This document shows, piece after piece, positions 42,470-51,880 of a DNA stretch of 64,000 nt. Under the pieces are notes generated by a model, which did not search any database, was not told where the DNA came from, and saw only the letters and a program-made list of their open reading frames with translations. Every line of letters starts with the position of its first letter. Position 1 is the first letter of the stretch. This DNA comes from an uncultured Actinomycetes bacterium (GTDB taxonomy: Bacteria > Actinomycetota > UBA4738 > HRBIN12): positions 90,454-154,453 of the forward strand of contig CAVZUW010000002.1 of assembly GCA_963778545.1 (NCBI GenBank), read 5' to 3'. The translations under genes and the position numbers were made by a program.

Positions 42470-42534
42470 GCGCGCATCCTACCGGGGGTGGCAGAACCCC
42501 CGCTCACATGGCCCGCCGTCGGTCCGCCGATGGG

Positions 42535-42563
42535 TTGCCAGAGCTGGGCGAGGCTGCCACGAT
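42535..42563 (+). promoter_or_regulatory. Promoter TTGCCA-N17-CACGAT for leader peptide and DAHP synthase
   Basis: 17-nt spacer; the expected start site falls a few nt before the leader ATG at 42573. Confidence 0.55.
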
Positions 42564-42572
42564 GGCGCCCTG

Positions 42573-42623
42573 ATGCGGGAGACCTTCGGCTTCTGGTTCT
42601 ACGGCGGGCGGTGCCCGGCCTAG
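42573..42623 (+). CDS. Aromatic-rich attenuator leader peptide MRETFGFWFYGGRCPA
   Basis: F-G-F-W-F-Y codon block upstream of DAHP synthase, followed by a terminator-like hairpin. Confidence 0.75.
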   Translation: MRETFGFWFYGGRCPA

Positions 42624-42647
42624 TCGCCTGAACCGAAGGGAACAGGG

Positions 42648-42673
42648 ACCCCGGGCCGGAAGCCCGGGGTTTC
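42648..42673 (+). terminator. Attenuator terminator hairpin
   Basis: ACCCCGGGC-cggaa-GCCCGGGGT followed by TTCGTCGTT; lies between the leader and the aroF SD. Confidence 0.7.
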
Positions 42674-42745
42674 GTCGTTCCCGAGGCCGTTCGAGGACGT
42701 GCCGGGACCGGGCGGGAGGGCCGCCCGGGGAGACGGAGGAACGCG

Positions 42746-43771
42746 ATGGTCGTGGTCATGAAGCGCGAGGCCACCGAGGCCGACGTCGAGGCGGTCTCCG
42801 AACGCGTACGCGCCGCCGGGGGCGAGGCGTTCGTCTCGCGCGGCGCGGTCCACACGATCATCGGCCTGGTCGGCGACACCGAGCGGTTCCAGGAGATCCC
42901 GTGGCGACAGCTCCCGGGCGTGGACCACGTGATCCAGGTCGGCAAGCCCTACAAGATGGTGGCCGCCGACCTGCACCCGACGCCGACCACCGTGAACGTT
43001 GGCTCGACGCCGGTCGGTCGCGGCACGTTCACCCTGATCGCAGGTCCGTGCGCGGTCGAGAGCGAGGAGCAGGCTCTGCTCGCGACCAAGGCCGCGAGGG
43101 CCGCCGGCGCGACGATCCTGCGCGGCGACGTCTACAAGCCGCGGACGTCGCCCTACTCGTTCCAGGGGCTGGGGGAGCGAGGGCTCGAGGTGCTGGAGGA
43201 GTGCCGGCGCCAGACCGGGCTGCCGATCGTCGTGGAGGTCGTCGACGTGTCGCAGGTGGAGCACGTCGCCGCGGTGGCCGACTGCATCCGCGTCGGCACG
43301 CGGAACGCCCAGAACTTCGAGCTGCTCAAGGAGGTCGGACTCTCGCGCAAGCCCGTGATGCTCAAGCGCGGCCTCGCGATGACGATCGAAGAGTGGCTCC
43401 AGGCGGCCGAGTACGTCGCGCAACGCGGCAACTCCGAGATCATCCTGTGCGAGCGCGGGATCCGCACGTTCGAGCCGGCCACGCGGAACACGCTCGACCT
43501 CGCCGGGATGGCGGTCGCGCAGACCGAGTCCCACCTGCCGGTGATCGTCGATCCGTCGCACGCGGTCGGGAAGCGGCACCTCGTCGCGCCGATGTCTCGC
43601 GCGGCGCTCGCCGCCGGCGCGGACGCGGTGATGATCGACGTGCACCCCGATCCCGAGAGCGCCCTGTGCGACGGTCCGCAGGCCCTCACGCCCGACGAGA
43701 TCCTCGACCTCGGTCGCGAGCTCGAGCAGCTCGCCGCGGCGCTCGGGCGTCCGTTCAACCGCGCCGAGTAG
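42746..43771 (+). CDS. aroF: 3-deoxy-7-phosphoheptulonate (DAHP) synthase type I-beta with N-terminal ACT-like domain
   Basis: IAGPCAVES, KPRTSPYSFQG, LKRG, LCERGIRTF, VDPSH, CDGPQAL. Confidence 0.95.
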   Translation: MVVVMKREATEADVEAVSERVRAAGGEAFVSRGAVHTIIGLVGDTERFQEIPWRQLPGVDHVIQVGKPYKMVAADLHPTPTTVNVGSTPVGRGTFTLIAGPCAVESEEQALLATKAARAAGATILRGDVYKPRTSPYSFQGLGERGLEVLEECRRQTGLPIVVEVVDVSQVEHVAAVADCIRVGTRNAQNFELLKEVGLSRKPVMLKRGLAMTIEEWLQAAEYVAQRGNSEIILCERGIRTFEPATRNTLDLAGMAVAQTESHLPVIVDPSHAVGKRHLVAPMSRAALAAGADAVMIDVHPDPESALCDGPQALTPDEILDLGRELEQLAAALGRPFNRAE

Positions 43772-43776
43772 CGGCG

Positions 43777-44553
43777 CTACCCCGGCAAGACCGGCGTGAG
43801 CTCGGCGATGTCGCACGAGCCGCGCCAGCGCGTGAGCCATTCGGCGGGGGCGCCGGCTCGGCTCTTGCGCTTGTCGACGAGGAGCTTGGCCGCCTCTTCC
43901 CACTCGGGGCCCTGCAGGACGCGCGAGGCCGCGTGGAACTCGTTCGCCGCGGTCTCGCGGCCCTTGCGCCGCGTCACGACGACGAGCTCGGATGAGCCGG
44001 GGATGCCCGGCACGGTCTGATCTTCGGGGCCGGGCTCCCGCTTGGACAGCACGAAGATCTTCCCGTTGCGGTAGACGAACCACGACGGGATCAGCTTGCG
44101 CCGCCCGCCGGCCTCGACGCCGACCCAGATCACGTCCGACCGTTTGAGCCCGTCCTCGATCGACTTCGGCAGCTTCGCCGCACCGAGCTGGACCTGGATC
44201 GGCACCTCGATCTCGCCGACGATCTCCTGGTCGATCACGAACGAGACGACGTACGTCCCGGTCTCGTCGAACCGAGCGTCCGAGATCGTGTCGGTCTCGA
44301 CGGTCAGGTCCATCGACCCGATCATGCGGCGGACCGCCGGACCCCAGCGGTACACCAGGCGTCCGGAGGGACCGTAGAAGTGGATCTCCTCCGTCACCAT
44401 CCCGGTCCCGATCTTCCACGCCCGGGTGACCACGAAGGGGAGCGCCGTGCCCGGCGAACCGAGCAGGTAGGTGCCCGGTGGTCCCTGTTCGCCGTAGGTG
44501 TCCCAGACCCGCTGGTCCACGACGTTGGCGGAAACGAGCTCGCCGACGGTCAT
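43777..44553 (-). CDS. Two-domain hypothetical protein; C-terminal split-barrel (PNPOx-like) domain
   Basis: KRSDVIWV..PSWFVYRNGKIFV..WEEAAKLLVDKR resembles actinobacterial split-barrel proteins; beta-rich N-terminal domain. Confidence 0.65.
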   Translation of the reverse strand: MTVGELVSANVVDQRVWDTYGEQGPPGTYLLGSPGTALPFVVTRAWKIGTGMVTEEIHFYGPSGRLVYRWGPAVRRMIGSMDLTVETDTISDARFDETGTYVVSFVIDQEIVGEIEVPIQVQLGAAKLPKSIEDGLKRSDVIWVGVEAGGRRKLIPSWFVYRNGKIFVLSKREPGPEDQTVPGIPGSSELVVVTRRKGRETAANEFHAASRVLQGPEWEEAAKLLVDKRKSRAGAPAEWLTRWRGSCDIAELTPVLPG

Positions 44554-44611
44554 CGCCGCGTGAGGATACCCGAGGTCCGCCCGCCGACGCGTGCCACGTT
44601 CGCGAGGAGCG

Positions 44612-45796
44612 TCAGGCGCTGCGAGCGAGCCACAGGCGTGGTTCCTCGAGCTCGGGCATCGACGGGAGCGCCTCGGCCGAGTCCCACATCCGCGCCAGCG
44701 TCGCCTCGTCGGTGAGCTCGACGACCGTGTCGCAGAAGGCCCGACCCAGCCGGTACTGCTCGCGCTTGACCTCGATCCCGAGAAGCCGCTCGAACACGGG
44801 GTCGACCCGCTCGGTCTCGCGGTAGCGCCGCATCGCCTCGTCGATCCGGGCGTAGGAAGGCAGCATCCGCGCCCCGAGCGCGTGCATCACGTGGTCGCCG
44901 TAGCCCTCGGCGGCGGTCATGAACGCCTGGACCCGGCGGAGCTTGAGCCGCTGCTCGTCGTCCATCACGGCGCCGAACATCGAATCCTGCCCAGCGAGCA
45001 TCTCCTGCATGCTCTCCGGGTTCGAGGGATCGAGCGACGCGAGCCGCTGCTGGAGCTCGCCGACGTCGAGCGTGAGCGTCGAGGTGAAGTCGTCGATCAG
45101 CTCCCGGAACCGCGCGAGCGCCCACGGCCGCGCGAACTCGAACCGATGGGTCACCTCGTGGATCGCGATCCAGGTCCGGAAGTCGGTCGGCTCCAGGCTC
45201 CACTCCTTCTCGAAGCGGGCGATGTTCGGGACGACGAACAGCAGCGCACCCGAGCCGTCGGGCCGCGGCACGGCGATGTCGTACTGCCCCAGCACCTGCT
45301 GGGCGAGCGTCCCGAGGACGGTGCCGACCTGCGCGCCGAGCAGCAACGGCGAGAGCTGCCCCAGCACCTGCGCGACCCCGGCCTGCGACGTGTCCGGCAT
45401 CTCGTCCGGCTGCGCGGCGGCGATCGCGTCGCCGATCTTCGCGGCCGCCGGCTCCAGCACGGCCCGCAGGCCCTCGATGTTCGCCTGCACCCATTGCCCG
45501 CGCCGAACGGCCTCGACCTTCGGGATGTCGGAGGGCGCCTCGAGGCCGGTGAACCCGGCGACCTGGAGCTCGGCGACCCGAACGGCCTCCTCGAACCCGC
45601 GACGGTCCCCTTCGCCGGGGGCCGGGTCCTCGGTGTCCCAGGACGCCGACGCGATCCCGACCTGCCTCGCGAGCTCCCAGTTCACCGGTCCGCTCGACGA
45701 CATCAGCACCCGCTGGATCTCGCGGAACAGCGGGACGTCGTTCCAGACGTCGCCGGGCGGGACGCCGAACGGTTGCTCCTCGGGCGCGGGGCTCAT
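44612..45796 (-). CDS. Zincin-like metalloprotease (DUF2342 family)
   Basis: GPVNWELARQ, LGQYD, FVVPNI, HEVTH, EGYGDHVM, KREQY. Confidence 0.9.
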   Translation of the reverse strand: MSPAPEEQPFGVPPGDVWNDVPLFREIQRVLMSSSGPVNWELARQVGIASASWDTEDPAPGEGDRRGFEEAVRVAELQVAGFTGLEAPSDIPKVEAVRRGQWVQANIEGLRAVLEPAAAKIGDAIAAAQPDEMPDTSQAGVAQVLGQLSPLLLGAQVGTVLGTLAQQVLGQYDIAVPRPDGSGALLFVVPNIARFEKEWSLEPTDFRTWIAIHEVTHRFEFARPWALARFRELIDDFTSTLTLDVGELQQRLASLDPSNPESMQEMLAGQDSMFGAVMDDEQRLKLRRVQAFMTAAEGYGDHVMHALGARMLPSYARIDEAMRRYRETERVDPVFERLLGIEVKREQYRLGRAFCDTVVELTDEATLARMWDSAEALPSMPELEEPRLWLARSA

Positions 45797-45819
45797 GCGG
45801 TCATCCTACGGCCGGGCCG

Positions 45820-45906
45820 GCCCAACGCCGGGCCCAGGCGAGGCATCCCCGCCCGAAACGCCGGACCCGAGGCAAGCGGCCCGCCGGGAACGCCGGATCT
45901 CGGGTC
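45820..45906. repeat. Three degenerate ~32-bp direct repeats with core AACGCCGG
   Basis: Cores at 45824, 45857 and 45889 in the divergent intergenic region. Confidence 0.55.
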
Positions 45907-45944
45907 GGGGCCTCGACGGCCGGGACCCTCGTTACGATGGGTCC

Positions 45945-46370
45945 GTGCGACCCGACCTGCTCGTGCGCGTCACGGCGGACCCGATCGGCGCCGACGAGGC
46001 GGTCGGGTTCGTGAGCGACCCCGCGGCGGGTGGCACCTGCGTCTTCCTGGGGACCGTGCGCGACCACTCGGACGCCGGCGCCGTGACCGGCCTCACGTAC
46101 GAGGCGTGGGAGGACCAGGCCGAACGCCGGCTCGAGGAGCTCGCGAGCGAGATGTTCGAGCGCTGGCCGCTCCGCAAGGTCGCGTTCCTGCACCGGTTCG
46201 GCGAGCTCGGGCTCGGCGACGTGTCCGTCGTGGTCGCCTGCTCCTCGGCGCACCGTGCCGAGGCGTTCGAGGCGTGCCGCTACGGGATCGAGCAGCTCAA
46301 GCGGGACGTGCCGATCTGGAAGAAGGAGCACCTGACCACCGGCGTGTCGAGCTGGGTGATGGGGTCGTGA
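45945..46370 (+). CDS. moaE: Molybdopterin synthase catalytic subunit
   Basis: FLGTVRDH, LTYEAW, HRFGEL, SSAHRAEAF, LKRDVPIWKKE. Confidence 0.93.
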   Translation: MRPDLLVRVTADPIGADEAVGFVSDPAAGGTCVFLGTVRDHSDAGAVTGLTYEAWEDQAERRLEELASEMFERWPLRKVAFLHRFGELGLGDVSVVVACSSAHRAEAFEACRYGIEQLKRDVPIWKKEHLTTGVSSWVMGS

Positions 46371-46408
46371 CCCGCGGCGGTCATGACGTTCGGGGCCTCG
46401 GACCGCTG

Positions 46409-47416
46409 ATGGGACGGGATCTCGCGATCGACCTCGGGACCGCGAACACGCTCGTCTACCGCCAGGGCGAGGGGATCGTGTTCAACGAGCCGACCGTCGT
46501 GGCGATGAACTCGTCCACCGGCAAGGTCGAGGCGATGGGCGACGAGGCCTGGCAGATGATCGGCGGGCGTTCGGGCAGCGTGGTCGCCATCCGGCCGCTC
46601 CGTCACGGGGTGATGACCGAGTTCGACATCACCCAGCGGATGATCGAGGTGGTGCTGCGCCGCGTCGGCGTCTCCCGATTCCCGAAGCCGCGGGTGCTCG
46701 CCTGCGTGGCGAGCGAGTCCTCCGAGGTCGAACGGCGGGCCGTCCGCGAGGCCGTGCGGTTCGCCGGCGGTCGCGACGTGGTGCTGGTCGAGGAGCCGCT
46801 CGCCGCGGCGGTGGGGGCGCGGCTCCCGATCCACGAGCCGATCGGGAACCTGATCGTCGACATCGGTGGCGGCATGACCGAGATGGCGGTCGCCTCGATG
46901 GGCGGGGTCGTGTCCGGCGGCTCGACGCGGCTGGGCGGGTTCGATCTGGACTCCGCGATCCAGGATCACCTGCGTCGTGCGTACGACGTCGCGATCGGAG
47001 AGAAGTCGGCCGAGGAGATCAAGATCGCGATCGGTTCGGCGTTCCCCGCTCCGCGCGGGCGCGCCGCGATCGTGACGGGCCGGGCGCTGGCGACGGGCGC
47101 GCCCACCGAGATCCGTGTGACCGAGGACGAGATCCGGCAGGCGATGTCCGAACCCGTCCAGCAGATCGTCGAGGCCGCGAGACGGACGATCGCCGAGGCG
47201 CCCCCCGAGCTCACCCACGACGTGCTCGAGGCCGGGATGTTCCTCACGGGTGGCGGCGGCCTGCTCCGGGGCCTCGACCTCCTGCTGTCGCAGGAGTGCG
47301 AGGTGCCGGTGCACCTCACCGAACGGCCGCTCGAGACCGTCGTCCTCGGCCTGGGGGCGATGCTCGAACACCTCGACGACTACCGGACGTCGTTCCAGCT
47401 CGTGCGCAAGCACTGA
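46409..47416 (+). CDS. mreB: Rod shape-determining actin homologue (MreB/Mbl)
   Basis: DLAIDLGTANT, EEPLAAA, VDIGGG, AEEIKIAIG, LTGGGGLL. Confidence 0.93.
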   Translation: MGRDLAIDLGTANTLVYRQGEGIVFNEPTVVAMNSSTGKVEAMGDEAWQMIGGRSGSVVAIRPLRHGVMTEFDITQRMIEVVLRRVGVSRFPKPRVLACVASESSEVERRAVREAVRFAGGRDVVLVEEPLAAAVGARLPIHEPIGNLIVDIGGGMTEMAVASMGGVVSGGSTRLGGFDLDSAIQDHLRRAYDVAIGEKSAEEIKIAIGSAFPAPRGRAAIVTGRALATGAPTEIRVTEDEIRQAMSEPVQQIVEAARRTIAEAPPELTHDVLEAGMFLTGGGGLLRGLDLLLSQECEVPVHLTERPLETVVLGLGAMLEHLDDYRTSFQLVRKH

Positions 47417-47443
47417 CCGTCACCGCGTCCGCAGACGCGCCCG

Positions 47444-47767
47444 CTAGTCCAGGAACGCCTCGATCGTCCGGTTGATCAGGTGGCCGAGCTCGTACAGCGC
47501 GAACGCGAGTGCCGCGGCGCCCACTCCGAGCAGCACGATGACGCCGAGGACCCCCTGCAGCCGGTCGCGGAGCCCCGGACCCTGCGTCGAGACCTGGAGG
47601 TAGGCGTACCCGGGCGGCGGAGCGCCCGGCTCGAGCGCCTCGACGGCCTCGTCCTGCTCCGACTCGCCGAACCCGGTCGCCGACGGCGACCGCTGGCTGC
47701 GGACCGTCCCGAGGTACACGGCGCAGCCGACGAGCACCGACAGCACGGCCACGAACATGAGCGGCAT
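47444..47767 (-). CDS. Small two-TM membrane protein
   Basis: Two hydrophobic segments, coding-like codon use. Confidence 0.6.
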   Translation of the reverse strand: MPLMFVAVLSVLVGCAVYLGTVRSQRSPSATGFGESEQDEAVEALEPGAPPPGYAYLQVSTQGPGLRDRLQGVLGVIVLLGVGAAALAFALYELGHLINRTIEAFLD

Positions 47768-47828
47768 CGCGAGGGGAGCGTACCGCCGCTCCTGCCTCCT
47801 ATGCGCGACCTGCCCGTACCATCGCTGC

Positions 47829-48803
47829 ATGCTGCGCTGGAAGCGTGTGGTGCTCTATGTCGCGATCGGAGCGATCGCGGGTCTGGCCGTCACCGTCTAC
47901 CTCCCCTGGTACGCCGTCGGTCCCGGCCCGGCGCGCGCGGTGCAGCCGCTGATCCGGTTCGAGGATCGGACCCGGTACGAATCGCAGGGGAACTTCGTGA
48001 TGACCTCGGTGCGGTACACGCGACTGACCGGGTTCGACATGCTCCTGGCCTGGCTCGATCCCGATCGCGCCGTCGTCGCTCGTTCGGTCCTGTACCCGGA
48101 CGGCGAGGACGTCCAGGTGGAGCGCGAGCGCGCGATCTCGCAGATGGATTCGAGCAAGCTCGACGCGTCGGCGGTGGTCCTGCGGGCCCTCGAGGGCTAT
48201 CCGAAGGACCACGGGGACGGCGTGCTGGTCGAGAGCGTCGTCACGGGTTGCGCCGCGGACGGCGAGCTGTTCCCCGGCGACCGGATCCTGTCGATCGACG
48301 GTGCACCGACCGACAGCTACCGCGACGCGAGCCGGGCGATCGAGGCGGCCCCCTCGGGGTCCTCGCTCACCTTCGACCTGTCGGTGGACGGCGATCCCGA
48401 GACCGTCGATCTCGTCCGCGAACCGTGCGGTGACAGCGCCGAGCCGTTGGTCGGCGTCCGGATGATCAACAGCTTCCCGTTCGACGTGCAGATCTCGAGC
48501 GGTGAGATCGGCGGCCCCTCGGCCGGCCTGATGTGGGCGCTCGGTCTGTACGACCTGCTCACCCCGGGCGACCTGACGAGCGGCCGCACGATCGCGGGCA
48601 CGGGGCAGATCGCGCTCGACGGCACCGTGATCCCGATCGCGGGGATCGAGGAGAAGCTCGCGGCGGCGGCCGACGCCGGCGCGTCCGTCTTCCTGGTCCC
48701 GGAGGGCAACATGGAGGCGGCCAGGGCCTCGGGCGGTCACGGCCTCGAGCTCGTTCCGGTCGCCACCTTCGACGACTCGCTCGCGTACCTCGACGGTCGC
48801 TAG
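47829..48803 (+). CDS. PDZ and Lon-type (S16) protease domain protein, YlbL-like
   Basis: PGPA, IGGPSAGLM, IAGTGQI, IAGIEEK, FLVPEGN. Confidence 0.9.
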   Translation: MLRWKRVVLYVAIGAIAGLAVTVYLPWYAVGPGPARAVQPLIRFEDRTRYESQGNFVMTSVRYTRLTGFDMLLAWLDPDRAVVARSVLYPDGEDVQVERERAISQMDSSKLDASAVVLRALEGYPKDHGDGVLVESVVTGCAADGELFPGDRILSIDGAPTDSYRDASRAIEAAPSGSSLTFDLSVDGDPETVDLVREPCGDSAEPLVGVRMINSFPFDVQISSGEIGGPSAGLMWALGLYDLLTPGDLTSGRTIAGTGQIALDGTVIPIAGIEEKLAAAADAGASVFLVPEGNMEAARASGGHGLELVPVATFDDSLAYLDGR

Positions 48804-48884
48804 CCCGATCCGTCCTCTGCGAGGACCGGTGATAGGCTTGCGCCGCTTTCCCCATCGACCGCGAAAGACGGACACCAGGGACCT

Positions 48885-51792
48885 ATGGTCGTACGCGTTC
48901 CGACCGCAACACCCGCGCCGGGACGGCGTCGGCTCATCATCATCGTCATCGCGGTGGTGGCCGCCCTCCTCGTCGCCTTCACCGCGCTCTCGGGGTTCTT
49001 CGTCGACGTCCTGTGGTTCCGCGAGGTCAACCTCTCGGACGTCTTCTGGACGGTCCTTCGGACCAAGGTCCTGCTCGGGCTCGCGTTCGGGCTCGCGTTC
49101 TTCGTGCTCCTGTTCTCCAACCTGTGGATCGTCCGCCGGATCACGCCGCGCTTCCACGCGCTGACGCCCGAACAGGAGATCATCGAGCGCTACCGGATGC
49201 AGTTCGAGCCCTACATCCGCTGGCTCCTGCCCCTGTTCGCGCTGGTGATCGCGGTCTTCGTCGGGCTGGGGGTCACGACCCAATGGCAGACGTACCTGCT
49301 GTGGCGCAACGGCTCCGGGTTGTCGTTCGGGAACCCCGAGCCGCTGTTCGGTCGCGATCCCGCCTTCTACGTGTTCACCCTGCCGTGGCTGAAGTTCATG
49401 CAGGGGTGGTTGTTCTCGGCGCTGGTCGGCGTGACGTTCCTGACCGCGCTCGCGCACTACCTGTGGGGCGGGATCCGGCCACAGGCGCCGGGCTTCGTCG
49501 ACAAGGTGACGCCGCAGGTCAAGGCCCACATGTCGGTGCTCCTGGGCCTGATCATGCTCACGAAGGCGTGGGGCTACTACCTGGGGCAGTTCGACCTGCT
49601 GACCTCCACCCGCGGGGTCGTGGTCGGCGCCTCCTACACCGACGTGAACGCGCAGCTGCCAGCGCTCAGGATCCTGGTGGTGATCGCGATCGCCTGCGCG
49701 GTCCTGTTCCTGGTCAACATCCGGCTCCGGGGGTGGGCACTGCCCGTCATCGCGGTCGGCCTGCTCGCACTGGTTTCCATCATCGCCGGAGCTGCGTACC
49801 CCGCGTTCGTGCAGCGCTTCCGCGTGACGCCCCAGGAGTTCCAGCGGGAGCAGCCGTTCATCGAAGACAACATCGAGGCAACGCGTCGCGCCTTCTCGCT
49901 GGATGGGATCGAGAGCAGCTCGCGCCCGATCGGGGAATCGACCAGCGCCGAGGAGGTGCGCGCGAACGACGAAACGATCTCGAACATCCGACTGTGGCGT
50001 CCCGACGTCCTGCGCGACAACTACATCTCGCTGCAACGTTTCCGCTCGTACTACGAGTTCAACGACGTCGACGTCGATCGCTACATCATCGACGGGGAGC
50101 GGCGCGTGCTGATGGTCTCGACGCGCGAGGTGAGCCAGGCCGGGATCCCGGCGGGCGGCAGGACCTGGCAGAACGTCCACCTGCAGTACACGCACGGGTT
50201 CGGGGCCGTGACCTCTCAGGTGAACACCGCGACGTCCGAGGGCCAACCGGTCTTCACGCTCCGCGACATCCCGCCGGTCGGGGCGCCCGCGCTGGAGGGC
50301 AACGGGCAGCGCGTCTACTACGGCGAGGGAGCGCCGGGCGACGCCGCCTTCGTCGTCGTGGACACCGGCACCGATGAGCTCGACTACCAGGGCACCGCGA
50401 CCGACGACCAGGCGCAGGCGACGTTCTCCTACGACGGCGACGGCGGGATCCCGGTCGGAGGCTTGTTCCAGCGCGCGCTGTTCGCGTGGCGCTACCGCGA
50501 CGTCAACCTGTTGATCTCGGACCTGATCACGGACGACAGCCGGATCATGATCTACCGGAACATCACGGCCCGGGTCCCCAAGGCCGCGCCGTTCCTGCGC
50601 TTCGACGCCGACCCGTACTCCGCCGTCGTGGACGGGCGGCTCGTGTGGATCTGGGACGCCTACACGACGACGAACCAGTACCCCTACTCGGACTTCGTCG
50701 ACCTCGCGGAGGTCGCGTCGCCGTCGGCCCAGCAAGGGGCACCGTCACTCGGCGGGGACGTGAACTACCTCCGCAACTCCGTGAAGGTCGTCGTCGACGC
50801 CTACGAGGGCTCGATGCGCTACTACGTCGCGGATCCGAACGACCCGATCATCCAGGCGTGGAGCCTCGCCTTCCCGACGATGTTCACCCCGCTCGACCAG
50901 GCGCCGCCCGAACTGCTCTCGCACTTCCGCTACCCGGAGAACCTGTTCCAGATCCAGGCGTTCGAGTACACGAACTACCACGTCACCGACCCGAACGTGT
51001 TCTACGGCAAGCAGGACTTCTGGGCGTTGCCGATCGATCCGACCGTGTCCACGGCGGCCGACCGCCGCCTGATGCGGCCGTACTACGTCCTGATGCGATT
51101 GCCGGGGGAGGCGGACGAGACGTTCGTGCTGATCCTCCCCTTCACGCCGCTCGACCGGCAGAACATGGTGGCCTGGCTCGCGGCCAAGTCGGACCCCGGG
51201 CCCGACTACGGCGACATCGTGAGCTTCGAGTTCCCGTCGGGGGTGAACGTCGACGGGCCGACGCAGGTCTTCTCCCGGATCAACCAGGACGCGCGCTTCT
51301 CCTCGGAACGGACGCTGCTCGGTCAGGGCGGATCGGCGATCGTGTTCGGCGACTTCCTCGTGATCCCGCTCCAGGACTCGCTGCTGTACGTCCAGCCCGT
51401 GTACGTCCAGTCCAACCAGGAGAACGCGATCCCCGAGCTCAAACGCGTGGTGGTGGTGAACGGTTCCGCGATCGGGATCGGGTCGTCGCTGCGCCGCGGC
51501 GTTGACCGATTCGCTCGGCGAGGTCGTGCCTCCCGAGGACGGCGGCCAGCCGCCGCAGGGTTCGGTCGAGGAGCAGATCCAGGTCTTCCTCGACCAGGCG
51601 GCCCAGCACTTCGCCGCGGCCGACGCCGCGCTGCGCGCGGGTGACCTGGCCAAGTACCAGACCGAGATCAAGGCCGCCCAGGACGCCACCTCGCAGGCGC
51701 AGCAGCTGATCGCCAGCCTGCTCGGCGCACAGCCGGCGGGTTCCCCGTCGCCCTCGGTCACCGCCTCGCCTTCGCCGAGTCCCTCCGGCTGA
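48885..51792 (+). CDS. UPF0182 family membrane protein, +1 frame break near 51491
   Basis: GASYTDV, NIRLW, DVDRY, YTHGFG, NYLRNSVK, HFRYPE, YVQPVY, PELKRV. Confidence 0.93.
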
Positions 51793-51822
51793 CCGACGGG
51801 CTCCATCCGGTCGAACGGGGAA

Positions 51823-51848
51823 CCACCCGGTCGGGCGCGGCCGTCGAA
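51823..51848 (+). promoter_or_regulatory. Candidate SigK-like promoter CCACCC-N15-TCGAA
   Basis: Resembles the mycobacterial SigK consensus CCATCC-N15-CCGAA; 32 nt upstream of the start codon. Confidence 0.45.
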
Positions 51849-51880
51849 CCGCGATACGCCGACCGGAAGGAGCACCTCCG

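Noticed and set aside
45800-45940. Moco riboswitch or mini-CRISPR upstream of moaE
   Set aside because: No recognisable Moco motif, moaE looks leaderless, repeats are short and degenerate, and no cas genes are present.
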